Shown: positions 28,879-37,876, counted from the stretch's first letter. The stretch is 64,000 bases of DNA from Streptomyces virus Yaboi (IMGVR_UViG_2974625447_000001:57808-121807), one strand, 5' to 3'. Numbers and translations: made by a program. The notes: generated from the sequence alone by a model not told the origin.

Positions 28879-28956
28879 GCCCTAGTATCGCCACTGGCTT
28901 CTAACCAGTCGTTAACAGCGTAATGGAGTATGCAGGTTCGAGTCCTGTCTAGGGTA
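28879..28956 (+). tRNA. non-canonical tRNA-like gene W2 (anticodon-like loop TCT, Arg)
   Basis: acceptor gccctag/ctagggt; 7-nt linker tatcgcc; hairpin actgg-ctTCTaa-ccagt at positions 15-31; 22-nt region with AATGG; T-arm gcaggTTCGAGTcctgt; same layout as W1 and W3. Confidence 0.45.
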
Positions 28957-29474
28957 CTTTCTACAATGGAGGCAACATGCCTGTAACGATGACTGAGCTG
29001 TTCCTTGCTGGTGTGATTGAGCATCACGGAGTAGAGGATAATGGCGAAGCTCTTGTGAAAATCAACTGGGATGTGCTTCGTGAGTACAACTATGATCTCT
29101 ATGTTCATATGAAGGCGGCGGAGATTGACGCCGACCTAGATGATGATACAATGGACTCATGAATACATACGAAGTAGCTGTGAGCCTATTGGTTACAGTG
29201 GAAGCCCCAGATGAGTCAGATGCAAGAGAAGCGGTCCAAGATGCATTTGACGTAGGTGAGTTTTGCGGACTGAACGTCAAAGACGTAGAGGTTGAGATTC
29301 TTGAATCTTGATTTCAACACAGTCTCCAAAATGGTAGATGATGTTCAGTTCATGTTAAAGTGTACTTTCTGTACAGAGCCAGCAACTACAGAGTTGACAG
29401 TAGAGGTTGGGCCTGATATGGTAGTACCAATGCCGAGCTGCGAGGGCTGCAAGGCTAACGGCTGAAAAGCCAAT

Positions 29475-29546
29475 GGGCGATTAGTGTTAATGGTAGCACG
29501 TCTGTTTTGCAAGCAGATAGAGGGGGTTCGAGTCCCCCATTGTCCA
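29475..29546 (+). tRNA. tRNA-Ala (anticodon TGC)
   Basis: acceptor gggcgat/attgtcc with G3-U70; anticodon arm tctgt-ttTGCaa-gcaga; T-arm gggggTTCGAGTccccc. Confidence 0.75.
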
Positions 29547-29711
29547 CAACTTCCTGCGCAGGAGGTGGTAGAATGCGAGAAGGCAGTATCCTATGGACGA
29601 TTGTCGCTATTCTAGCGATCGTCGCTCTAGTAATTTTCATCTTCTAAGATTTATGGCTGGCCGATACGAACCCCCATCGTATCCTTGCCCGAGGGTTAGG
29701 GACCAGCGCTT

Positions 29712-29786
29712 GCCCCGGTAGTTCAGTTGGTTTAGAACAGCGGACTCTTAATCCGTATGTCGTGAGTTCAAGTCTCACTCGGGGTA
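29712..29786 (+). tRNA. tRNA-Lys (anticodon CTT)
   Basis: acceptor gccccgg/tcggggt; D-arm gttcAGTTGGTTTAgaac; anticodon arm gcgga-ctCTTaa-tccgt; T-arm gtgagTTCAAGTctcac. Confidence 0.7.
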
Positions 29787-29841
29787 CGTAAACCACCCAG
29801 TCCCTAGTGGGCTGGGTTTCTTTTATGCTACAATAGTTGTT

Positions 29842-30396
29842 ATGACTACACCAAAGAAGTACACACCAAAGCCCGGCGACATTGGACTTACTCGCATTGG
29901 TGGTCTCACAGGCGTCCTAGTGGGACTAGGACAATTTATCCTAAGAGATGCCAGCCGATACACTCACGTGTTTGTTGTATTGGACAGAGGAGAAGTCGTT
30001 GAAGCCATGCCCGGCGGAGCGATCATCAGTCCGCTGAGCAAGTATGAAGGAACTACCAAATATGGTAGCCCACTAGCTGTCTACCTGGACATCAAGTTGA
30101 CAGCAGAGCAGCGAGCACGTATCGTAGAAGAAGCTAGACAGCTCGAAGGAACGCCCTACAGCTTCCTTGACTATGTTGCACTAGCTCTTGAACGTCTTGG
30201 CATTAATTGGAAGTGGATCGAGAACAGAGTTACATCTTCTAAGCATATGATCTGCTCTCAGCTAGCAGACGAAGCTTACAAGCGTGCTGGCGTTCATCTG
30301 TTCGAAGATGGTAGACTATCTCAGAAGGTCACGCCAGGTGATCTTACCTACGTTGGAATGGACCAGCGATATGAAGAAGAACTGCCTGGGCTGTAA
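29842..30396 (+). CDS. permuted papain-fold (NlpC/P60-like) hydrolase (tentative)
   Basis: His (YTHVFVV) precedes Cys (MICSQLADEAY), a permuted NlpC/P60-like arrangement. Confidence 0.4.
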   Translation: MTTPKKYTPKPGDIGLTRIGGLTGVLVGLGQFILRDASRYTHVFVVLDRGEVVEAMPGGAIISPLSKYEGTTKYGSPLAVYLDIKLTAEQRARIVEEARQLEGTPYSFLDYVALALERLGINWKWIENRVTSSKHMICSQLADEAYKRAGVHLFEDGRLSQKVTPGDLTYVGMDQRYEEELPGL

Positions 30397-30751
30397 GAAA
30401 GACAAGCCTGAGAATCAGTTTGGCTCAGTCGGCATGGACAGGGCCTTGTGCGCAAGTTGTCGATCTGGTAGGATGAAGGTAACAAGCCAGAGGAAGTCTC
30501 GCGGCGGCAAGATTGCTGATGCTATAGGAGACTTTTTCGAAGGGCTTGGTGACCTTCTTGACTAGAAGTAAGCTTCTTGGTATCCTTGAACACAAGGTGA
30601 AGATAGCTAAGCGAAAAATGTCCGAGGCAAATCAGCGCGATGATCGAATAGAGACTCGTGCGTATGCTGTAGAGGTAAAAGAAACAAACGCCTTTATACA
30701 GGCACTCAAGACTTTAAAGAGTCTTGATTGAACAACGCCCGAAAGGGCTAT

Positions 30752-30823
30752 TCCCCGGTAGCCAAGTGGTAAGGCAAGTGACTGTTAATCACTGTATCGC
30801 TGGTTCGAATCCAGCTCGGGGAG
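30752..30823 (+). tRNA. tRNA-Asn (anticodon GTT)
   Basis: acceptor tccccgg/tcgggga; anticodon arm agtga-ctGTTaa-tcact; T-arm gctggTTCGAATccagc. Confidence 0.75.
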
Positions 30824-31064
30824 CTGGCCGCCAAAGCTAGAGGAGATAGCTACCTCTGGCAAGGATAAACCGGATGGTAGGTCATAGTTTTCTAGATACG
30901 CTATGACTGATGATAAGGTGGAAACCCGGAGGCAAACCGGGGCACGGCCAACCAATTGATGTGGTAGCCCAACTACAAGAGGCAGCCAGCAACCTGGAAA
31001 GTCCCCTATGCAGTCTGACTACAAGGTTAGGGGTAGTGCGGGTGGAAGTCCCGTCCACATCATC

Positions 31065-31093
31065 TTGACACACTAGCTATCACACACTAGGAT
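31065..31093 (+). promoter_or_regulatory. sigma-70-like promoter TTGACA-N17-TAGGAT
   Basis: tcTTGACAcactagctatcacacacTAGGATggaagcATG. Confidence 0.45.
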
Positions 31094-31467
31094 GGAAGCA
31101 TGAACGAGATTGAAGCTTGGCTTCTTAATATCGAAGGTGTTCCCACCTGGAAGGGCCTCTATCGTGAAGAGGCTGTAATAGTGAATAATGAGATCTGGGT
31201 TTGGTTCAAAATAGACGGCGGGCAATGGGCTCTCCAAAAGCCACAGTGGATCGTTATTCCTGACTGACTTAGCTCACGGCACGTAGATTCATTAGCTTGA
31301 TGGGGTTTTACGTCTTTTCAAATCCCGGCGGCGGTGATGAAGAACAGTTTAGCGGCTGTACTTGTACAAGAGGAAGACGTTGAGTACAATCGTGCCAGAG
31401 TGAAAGAAGCTGACGGACAGCTTAGAGCAAGAGACCTCGCTCAAAGAGGGAGTGCTGCATCCGACTA

Positions 31468-31539
31468 TGGCCTATAGCTTAACGGCAGAGCGATGGACTG
31501 TTAATCCATTAGGTGCTGGTTCGAATCCAGCTAGGTCAG
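31468..31539 (+). tRNA. tRNA-Asn (anticodon GTT), second copy
   Basis: acceptor tggccta/taggtca; anticodon arm atgga-ctGTTaa-tccat; T-arm gctggTTCGAATccagc. Confidence 0.7.
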
Positions 31540-31567
31540 CTCCAACAACAGCTAACAAAGGATATAA

Positions 31568-32437
31568 ATGGGTTACCTCATTTTTGCGGTAATTTTTACA
31601 CTGCTCACTGTAGGTGGAATCGGTCTCTATCTCTTTACAAAGGATAAGGGATCTCTGCTAGTGGGAGCTGTTGGTGGCATGGTGCTGATTGGTGGATCAT
31701 TTCTTTGGTCTATCACAGTAGTAGACAGCCGTAGCGTTGGTATTCAGACTTCATTCAATCGATACCAGGGAACGCTTGACAGTGGTTTCCAGCTAACGGC
31801 TCCATGGTCAGAGCATGAAGACTTCACTACCCGAATCCAGTACCTCGACCTTGACGGTGAGAAGTGGGAGGATGGTGCGCCTGTCACCTTTAAGGGCGGC
31901 GGTCGCGGTGTGGTTTTTGCTACTCCTCGCTGGAAGATTGATGAGGAGTCCGCTGGTAAGCTTTGGAACAAGTACAAGACTTTCGACAATGTTCGGGACC
32001 AGCTTGTTCGTTCCTCAGTGAAGGATTCATTCCGAGCTGTGCTTACCGATTACACTCCGAATGAGGCTCGTGAGAATGTTCGTGAGATCACTCGTGAGGT
32101 AGAAAAGGATCTGGCTACTACCCTTACTGATGATGGTATTAAGATCGACTCCATCAGCATTAAGGACATCAAGCTTGACGAACGTACTCAGTCTTCACTA
32201 GACAAGATTGTTCAGGCTAACAACGACATTGAGCGTGCTCGTGCTGAGCAGGAGCGTGCCAAGATCGATGCCGAAACTCTCAAGATCAAGGAGAAGGCTG
32301 GTAACTTGACCGAGGGTGGTCTTATGGACAAGTGCCTGACCATGATGGACAAGTGGGATGTCAAGAAGAACGGTAACCTGCCTGCGGGCTTTAGCTGCAA
32401 TGGCTCTGGCGCTCCGTTCACCGTCACCAACAAGTAA
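31568..32437 (+). CDS. SPFH/band-7 (prohibitin-like) membrane protein
   Basis: N-terminal TM; SPFH core; C-terminal coiled coil; strong terminator 32488-32513. Confidence 0.7.
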   Translation: MGYLIFAVIFTLLTVGGIGLYLFTKDKGSLLVGAVGGMVLIGGSFLWSITVVDSRSVGIQTSFNRYQGTLDSGFQLTAPWSEHEDFTTRIQYLDLDGEKWEDGAPVTFKGGGRGVVFATPRWKIDEESAGKLWNKYKTFDNVRDQLVRSSVKDSFRAVLTDYTPNEARENVREITREVEKDLATTLTDDGIKIDSISIKDIKLDERTQSSLDKIVQANNDIERARAEQERAKIDAETLKIKEKAGNLTEGGLMDKCLTMMDKWDVKKNGNLPAGFSCNGSGAPFTVTNK

Positions 32438-32487
32438 TAAATTTCGCGGTGAGATTACTTCAATCCGCTCTCGTCATGCCGGGCCTT

Positions 32488-32515
32488 CGGGTCCGGCTTT
32501 TGGCGGTTAGAGGCC
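32488..32515 (+). terminator. rho-independent terminator after SPFH gene
   Basis: gccgggccttcgggtccggcttttgg. Confidence 0.7.
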
Positions 32516-33196
32516 CGGTGGAGAGTAGGTTGACACAGGCCCTTGCCTCTAGTACAGTAGTAACCAAGCAAGCAAGGACTAATTGTGGTATCCTTTAATA
32601 ACAATTGAAGGAGACTACAATGCTTAAGTTTGCGAAGAATCTACAACCTGGCGATATTACACCGTATGGACGTGTGGTTGCCAATCAGCTACTATGGGCT
32701 AACAAGACAGTCCAACTCACATTGGCTGAGCAAAGTAAGAACGTTTATCTGAAAAAGTACAAGATCGTTCGAACTAACAAGGGATAAGAATGAGCATCGA
32801 AGACGAGATCGCTAAGGAAGTTGCCAAGGAGGCCGAAGAGGAGAAGGCTTCTGGTAAGTCCTGGAAGGTAATCGCTGCTGAGGCGGCCTGGAAGTTCACC
32901 AAGGAAAAGGGTTATCCTGCCTTCAAGGCTGGAGCTAAGTACCTTTACGCAAAGGGCAAGGACGTCAAGAATCGCCCCGAGAAGCCCAGCGAGAAGAAGG
33001 CTTCAAGCCTACGCCCTGGTGACGTTACCGCTCTTGGGCAGGTTGCGGAAGCCAAGCGTGATCCGGTCGAGAAGAATAACTATCAGATCTCTTTCATCGG
33101 TTCCAATGGAATTCGAATTGAGAGGGTTCCTGGAAACAAGAAGTTCGGCGTTGTAGAGCGTCGAAGCGTTAAGTAATAGCGCGGCCTTCGGGCCTA

Positions 33197-33273
33197 GTCT
33201 CCATATCTCCTCTGCCTCCTAAGCAGTTGAAAGAGTAACCGGATACATGTGGGTTCGACTCCCACTGGGGACA
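33197..33273 (+). tRNA. non-canonical tRNA-like gene W3 (anticodon-like loop CCT, Arg)
   Basis: acceptor gtctcca/tggggac; linker tatctcc; hairpin tctgc-ctCCTaa-gcagt at 15-31; 21-nt region tgaaagagtaaccggatacat (near-identical to W1); T-arm gtgggTTCGACTcccac. Confidence 0.45.
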
Positions 33274-33275
33274 CG

Positions 33276-33304
33276 TTGACAGATCGGCCCGGTGAGGGTA
33301 GAGT
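33276..33304 (+). promoter_or_regulatory. sigma-70-like promoter TTGACA-N17-TAGAGT
   Basis: cgTTGACAgatcggcccggtgagggTAGAGTagtt. Confidence 0.5.
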
Positions 33305-33516
33305 AGTTAACAGATCGACAGTGAGCGTCTGGAGTACACTACACTGGAGGTCAAATGAAGGTCTGGATCGTAACGACTGACATCTGTTGCTGCGGCGAAG
33401 AAGTCATTGAGGTTTTCTCAACAGAAGAGAAGGCTCAGGAGTTCGTTGACAGCGGAGAAAAGTTCAAGTACGCTGAGATCACAGAGTGGGAAGTGCAGTA
33501 AACCCGAAAGGGTTTT

Positions 33517-33591
33517 GGGGGCGTAGCTCAGTCTGGTCGGAGCAATGCACTGATAATGCATCGGTCGCTGGTTCAAATCCAGCCGTTCCTA
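33517..33591 (+). tRNA. tRNA-Ile (anticodon GAT)
   Basis: acceptor gggggcg/cgttcct; D-arm gctcAGTCTGGTCGgagc; anticodon arm atgca-ctGATaa-tgcat; T-arm gctggTTCAAATccagc. Confidence 0.75.
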
Positions 33592-33664
33592 CGTAGCAAG
33601 GAGTCTATCGCTGTAACCGATGGAATTAAATGCCCGCAATTCAGGAAGGGGCGTCCTAGCTTAT

Positions 33665-33737
33665 GGGGTCGTAGCATAACTGGTAATGCACTTGTATGGC
33701 ATACAAGCGATTGTGGGTTCAAATCCCATCGACTCCA
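33665..33737 (+). tRNA. tRNA-Ala (anticodon GGC)
   Basis: acceptor ggggtcg/cgactcc with G3-U70; anticodon arm cttgt-atGGCat-acaag; T-arm gtgggTTCAAATcccat. Confidence 0.65.
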
Positions 33738-33972
33738 CTCTTTTAATGGTTCTTCACAGAGGTGATAGTAACCATGCGGGTCAGCTCTAGCAGGCTGATA
33801 TTGGGTGCAAGGTAATAGCCCGTACATACCCCTTGCAGCAGACATACCACATGTGCTAGCATGGTCTGTAGATGGTGGAGAGCTGGTAACTCAAAGCCAT
33901 TGATTATTTCCCGAGGAACTGACGCGCTATGCGCTAAGCCTCTATTCGTCCTAGGGTACCCTAGGGCAACCA

Positions 33973-34045
33973 GCTCCGGTAGCTCAGTTGGTAGAGCAGT
34001 TGACTCTTAATCATCAGGTCCACGGTTCGAGTCCGTGTCGGAGTA
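33973..34045 (+). tRNA. tRNA-Lys (anticodon CTT), 28-42 U-U mismatch
   Basis: acceptor gctccgg/tcggagt; D-arm gctcAGTTGGTAGagc (E. coli Lys-like); anticodon arm gttga-ctCTTaa-tcatc; T-arm cacggTTCGAGTccgtg. Confidence 0.6.
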
Positions 34046-34171
34046 CAAAACGAGGTTGCAAACTCGTTCAATCATAATGTGGGTTCGATTCCCTGCTGGT
34101 GCAGCATTATGGTGTAATTGAGCGGAAAAGGCGGCACCATTATGCGGTGCGCTGTCTGGCCTCTCTCTTAT

Positions 34172-34245
34172 GATCCAGTCGCACAATTGGCCGTGCAATG
34201 GGCTCTTAACCCTTGCGGATGTGAGTTCGAGTCTCACCTGGATCA
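34172..34245 (+). tRNA. tRNA-Lys-like (anticodon CTT), third copy with 28-42 mismatch
   Basis: acceptor gatccag/ctggatc perfect; D-arm gcacAATTGGCCgtgc; anticodon arm atggg-ctCTTaa-ccctt; T-arm gtgagTTCGAGTctcac. Confidence 0.55.
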
Positions 34246-34607
34246 CGTTTGGAAGCAGGCAAGCACACGCCCCACGACTAGCCCAGAAGCCTGTGTAAGC
34301 TAGTCCGGCATAGAAGCGGCGCAGACAAGGGAAGGGCCGCCAGGTGGGAGTACCGCTACAATGTGGCGATTGTAGTAGGCACAAGGGATGAGACCACCAG
34401 CCATCATTTATCCAATCCTCTGAGGAGCTATGGCTAATAACAAGGTCTGGAAAGTCGGAGACAAGGTAAAGTCTAATGACAACAGATATGTTGGAGTTGT
34501 CAGCAAGATCGTTGATTCAAATCATGTGAATGTGAATGTCAACGGTCACGGAGAAATGCAGTTTCGCAACAGGGAACTTAAGCGCCAGTTTGGTGGCTGA
34601 GGCCCAT

Positions 34608-34682
34608 GATTCCTTAGCTCAGTTGGTAGAGCACCAGACTTTTAATCTGTTGTGGTCCTCGGTTCGAGTCCGAGAGGAATCA
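34608..34682 (+). tRNA. tRNA-Lys (anticodon TTT)
   Basis: acceptor gattcct/aggaatc perfect; D-arm gctcAGTTGGTAGagc; anticodon loop ctTTTaa; T-arm ctcggTTCGAGTccgag. Confidence 0.7.
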
Positions 34683-34837
34683 CGTGAAAAATGGCGATAT
34701 AGTAAAGATAATCGAAGGTCCGAACAAGGGTAGGGTAGGGTCAATCGAAGGAAAATCTGGAAAGACTTACATCGTCAGAACAAATTCGGGAACATATTAC
34801 GTTCACGAAAAGCACGTAAAGAAGGCGTAAGCCTTAT

Positions 34838-34911
34838 GCCTCCGTGGCGCAAATGGATAGCGCAGCGGTCTTCGAAGTCGTTGGTTGGGGGTTCGAATCC
34901 CTCCGGAGGTG
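34838..34911 (+). tRNA. tRNA-Arg (anticodon TCG)
   Basis: acceptor gcctccg/cggaggt; D-arm gcgcAAATGGATAgcgc; anticodon loop ctTCGaa (stem has 3 G-U pairs); T-arm gggggTTCGAATccctc. Confidence 0.6.
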
Positions 34912-35044
34912 CTTGACATAGCCAGACTGGTGATGTCATACTACAGAGAGAGCACACGGACAAGGCTTAGGCGGGTGAAACAAACCGGTGGGATGCGAGT
35001 GGTGATGCTCTCTCTTTTAATGTCCAATCTCAACAAGGAGCAAC

Positions 35045-35836
35045 ATGGGATTTCTTTCCCGCAAGATGAAGTCTTTCGTTCCGGCTCAGAACCTTTCAGC
35101 CAAGAAGACTGTTACGCTTACTCCTATTCAGGCCGGTAAGCCTGCGGCAAACGTAAGTCTGATTAAGCAGAACGGCGTAAGCTTCGAAAAGAAGGTTGAT
35201 AGCGCTGTTAAGCTACAGAAGGATCTGGGTGTAGCCAATCGATTTGACGTCATTGCTCTGATCGATGAGTCATACTCTATGGATACGCTATTCGCAAACG
35301 GCACTGTTCAGGCTATTACTGAGCGAGCGCTAGCCTGGACTGCTGGCGTTGATGCTGACGGAATGGCCCCGGTGGGAGGATTTGCCAATGGCTTCCAGTG
35401 GCACGGTGAAATTGATCTGCGTAACGTTATGGGATGCGCTTCTAGCTGGCGTCCTTGGGGTGGTACGGATCTAGCGGCTGGTCTTCGAGAAGCTTTCGAG
35501 GTTGCTAAGGCTGCTGACAATCCTGTGTACCTGTTCGTAGTTACTGATGGATCTCCTAACGACCGTAATGCGGTTGTTCGTCTGGTGAAGCAGATGTCAG
35601 AGTATCCCATCTTCATCAAGTTCCTGCTCGTTGGCAACGACCAAAGAGGCAAGCAGTTCCTTGAGTACCTTGACGATCTAGAGCAGCACGAGGGTCCGTC
35701 TCGTCTCTTTGACAACGTAGACACTCAGCACATCAAGGACGTGTCTCGTGTGAGCGATGACGAATTCAACAAGGCAATGACTGAGGAAGTCCCATCAGCC
35801 ATTGATGCAATGCGTCAGGTTGGCCTAGTTCGCTGA
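35045..35836 (+). CDS. vWA domain protein (TerY-like)
   Basis: MIDAS ALIDESYSMD; ...FVVTDGSPND. Confidence 0.6.
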   Translation: MGFLSRKMKSFVPAQNLSAKKTVTLTPIQAGKPAANVSLIKQNGVSFEKKVDSAVKLQKDLGVANRFDVIALIDESYSMDTLFANGTVQAITERALAWTAGVDADGMAPVGGFANGFQWHGEIDLRNVMGCASSWRPWGGTDLAAGLREAFEVAKAADNPVYLFVVTDGSPNDRNAVVRLVKQMSEYPIFIKFLLVGNDQRGKQFLEYLDDLEQHEGPSRLFDNVDTQHIKDVSRVSDDEFNKAMTEEVPSAIDAMRQVGLVR

Positions 35837-35837
35837 T

Positions 35838-35866
35838 TTGACAGGCTCTACGTGATGATGTAGAGT
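35838..35866 (+). promoter_or_regulatory. sigma-70-like promoter TTGACA-N17-TAGAGT
   Basis: atTTGACAggctctacgtgatgatgTAGAGTagtt (nearly identical -10 context to 33299 and 46600). Confidence 0.5.
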
Positions 35867-36038
35867 AGTTAACAACAACCCGCTCAAACTTGGCCTAAGA
35901 AGCCCGGTGGCGTTCAGGGAAGCGGGGGCGTGTGGTAGAGTGAACGTACCCACACCGCAGAGCCTAGGCTTCGTAAGTTCCTAGGAAGGACCGGCTAGCT
36001 CGTGCTACACTAAAGTGTATCTAGGCGAAGGTCCGAAT

Positions 36039-36111
36039 GGCTCGATGGTGAAAGCGGTTATCACGCATCTCTCATAAAGATGTATTCCGGGTTCGAATCC
36101 CGGTTGAGCTA
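36039..36111 (+). tRNA. tRNA-Met (anticodon CAT), elongator-type
   Basis: acceptor ggctcga/ttgagct; anticodon arm catct-ctCATaa-agatg; T-arm ccgggTTCGAATcccgg. Confidence 0.65.
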
Positions 36112-36113
36112 CT

Positions 36114-36182
36114 TGCAGAGTAGTGAAACGGTATCACGCGGGGCTCATAATCCCGAATAGCGGTTCGACTCCGCCTCTGCCC
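36114..36182 (+). tRNA. tRNA-Met (anticodon CAT), initiator-like
   Basis: unpaired 1-72 (U.C); anticodon stem cgggg/tcccg has three consecutive G-C pairs next to loop ctCATaa; D-arm gtgaAACGGTAtcac; T-arm gcggTTCGACTccgc. Confidence 0.5.
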
Positions 36183-36601
36183 CCACTTAAAGTGAAAGTG
36201 AAAGGAAGCATCGCGTTGATGCGATACGACTAAACTCCCTCTACTAACAGTAGAGGGAGGTGGAAAATGCCAGGACCAATGAGTCGCCCTGATGGAGTTC
36301 GTGAAACTCCGGAACAGCGCAAAGAGCGCGGGCGGAAGATTGTAGCGGGAAAGCCTGTTAAGACAGGGAAGACTGCGAAGAAGTGAGGTGTTGATGGCTG
36401 AACGCTTCGTCAAAGATCTTGGCGAGGCCAATAATGAAGAACACGCTTGGGATATCTGCGTAAGGCTTCGGCAGAATATGTCAAAGGGAGCAGAAAAGGA
36501 ATTCAAGCGTAAGAATTATGTCTTCAAGGCTCACAGGATTAAGGGCAAGTGGCACGCCTGCTTGTTCGAAAAGATTTAAGCTTAACGGCCTTCGGGCCTA
36601 T

Positions 36602-36683
36602 GCGTAAGCGACGAAGTTGGAGAGTCGTGGCGGTCTGTAAAACCGTTCCTTCGGGTGAGTCAGTTCGAATCTGACCTTACGCA
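36602..36683 (+). tRNA. tRNA-Tyr (anticodon GTA), class II
   Basis: acceptor gcgtaag/cttacgc perfect; anticodon arm gcggt-ctGTAaa-accgt; variable-arm hairpin cc-ttcg-gg; T-arm gtcagTTCGAATctgac. Confidence 0.7.
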
Positions 36684-36758
36684 CGCGAGGTTTGTAGTTC
36701 GCCCTCTGTACAGCAAGAGCGCAGCATCCATTAAGTTGGGGTACAGAAAAACTACATT

Positions 36759-36830
36759 GGTTGCGAGCCAGGGATAAGCTAGGCGGGTCTGTAAAACCCT
36801 ACCTTGGGAGTTCGAATCTCCCCGCAACCA
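36759..36830 (+). tRNA. class-I tRNA with anticodon GTA (Tyr-type anticodon, short variable arm)
   Basis: acceptor ggttgcg/cgcaacc perfect; anticodon loop ctGTAaa on 4-bp stem gggt/accc; T-arm gggagTTCGAATctccc. Confidence 0.45.
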
Positions 36831-36832
36831 CT

Positions 36833-36905
36833 GTGACGTAAGCCGAGCGGTTAAGGCACTTGGTTGTGACCCAAGGTTTGGCGGGTTCGACTCCCGTACG
36901 TCACC
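36833..36905 (+). tRNA. tRNA-His (anticodon GTG) with encoded G-1 and C73
   Basis: 8-bp acceptor gtgacgta/tacgtcac including G-1:C73; anticodon arm cttgg-ttGTGac-ccaag; T-arm gcgggTTCGACTcccgt. Confidence 0.75.
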
Positions 36906-36907
36906 CT

Positions 36908-37234
36908 ATGAAAAGAATGAGAATAGCAGCCAGTGCTGTTATGCTTCTCGTTCTTGTTGGTTGCAGTTCAGATGAAGATAATCTAACTCCACGAGACAAG
37001 GCATATGTTAAAACACTGAGAGAAGAGATCACTGGCGTAAAGGATATGTCTGATGGCAAACTAGTTGCTATAGGACATGAGGCATGTGCCTCTGCTGATA
37101 AGGCTAGCAATATCGAACAGGTGGTTGAGAATATCAGCCGCTACGATCTAACTCCTAGTGATTCTGCATATGTGGCTGGAGCGGCTTTGGCAGCCTACTG
37201 CCCAGAAAATCTAGAACTTCTTCCTGGAGGGTGA
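36908..37234 (+). CDS. lipoprotein
   Basis: MKRMRIAASAVMLLVLVGCSSDED: signal peptide plus lipobox LVGC; ORF track start 36860 would overlap tRNA-His. Confidence 0.45.
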   Translation: MKRMRIAASAVMLLVLVGCSSDEDNLTPRDKAYVKTLREEITGVKDMSDGKLVAIGHEACASADKASNIEQVVENISRYDLTPSDSAYVAGAALAAYCPENLELLPGG

Positions 37235-37519
37235 AATGCAAATCGGTTTCGAATACATTGAGGGCGATGGACCGTTCACAGTAGTAGGCTATATTGGTGA
37301 CAGCTTCAATCCGATGAAGCAGCCCTTTGAGCTTCACTATCACGACGGTTTCGCAGAACTGATTATTATCACTGATGACTATGTTGTTCGCGCCACTGGT
37401 GAATACAACAGAGGCATAGGAATTCTCAATGCAGGAGAGACCGGTCAGCTCATCTTCAATCTTGTTCATCAACTTGACAAGGAAGACTGACTGCTGTAAT
37501 GTAGTTATTGGCGGCGTTG

Positions 37520-37595
37520 CAGAGAGTTTCTGCCGGTAGTCTGCAAAACTACTCGATTTAGAGGGTGCGACTCCCTCCGTTGCCTCTGCCGAAAG
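37520..37595 (+). tRNA. tRNA-Cys (anticodon GCA), unusual T-loop TGCGACT
   Basis: acceptor ggcggcg/cgttgcc; D-arm gcagAGAGTTTctgc; anticodon arm gtagt-ctGCAaa-actac; T-arm gagggTGCGACTccctc (G at position 55). Confidence 0.6.
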
Positions 37596-37637
37596 GCTAG
37601 GAGCCCTTTACCGAGGCCAATGACAGTATCGGTTCTT

Positions 37638-37712
37638 GCCGGATTAGCTCATTTGGTGTAGAGCGTCTGTCTTGTAAACAGAAGGTGGTCGGTTCGAAAC
37701 CGACATCCGGCT
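37638..37712 (+). tRNA. tRNA-Thr (anticodon TGT)
   Basis: acceptor gccggat/atccggc perfect; anticodon arm tctgt-ctTGTaa-acaga; T-arm gtcggTTCGAAAccgac. Confidence 0.75.
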
Positions 37713-37804
37713 CAATGAAGGACCAACCTGGGGAGAATGCAACCGAACCAGGCAATGGGAATTCAGGACGGTCTAGTACCTAGTTGCAGGGGAACGGCCT
37801 TTAT

Positions 37805-37876
37805 GCCCCCATAGTGCTAGTGGTAACACATATCCTTGGTACGGATATATCGTCAGTTCGATTCTGACTGGGGGAT
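37805..37876 (+). tRNA. tRNA-Thr (anticodon GGT), 1-72 G.A mismatch
   Basis: acceptor gccccca/tggggga; anticodon arm tatcc-ttGGTac-ggata; T-arm gtcagTTCGATTctgac. Confidence 0.6.
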
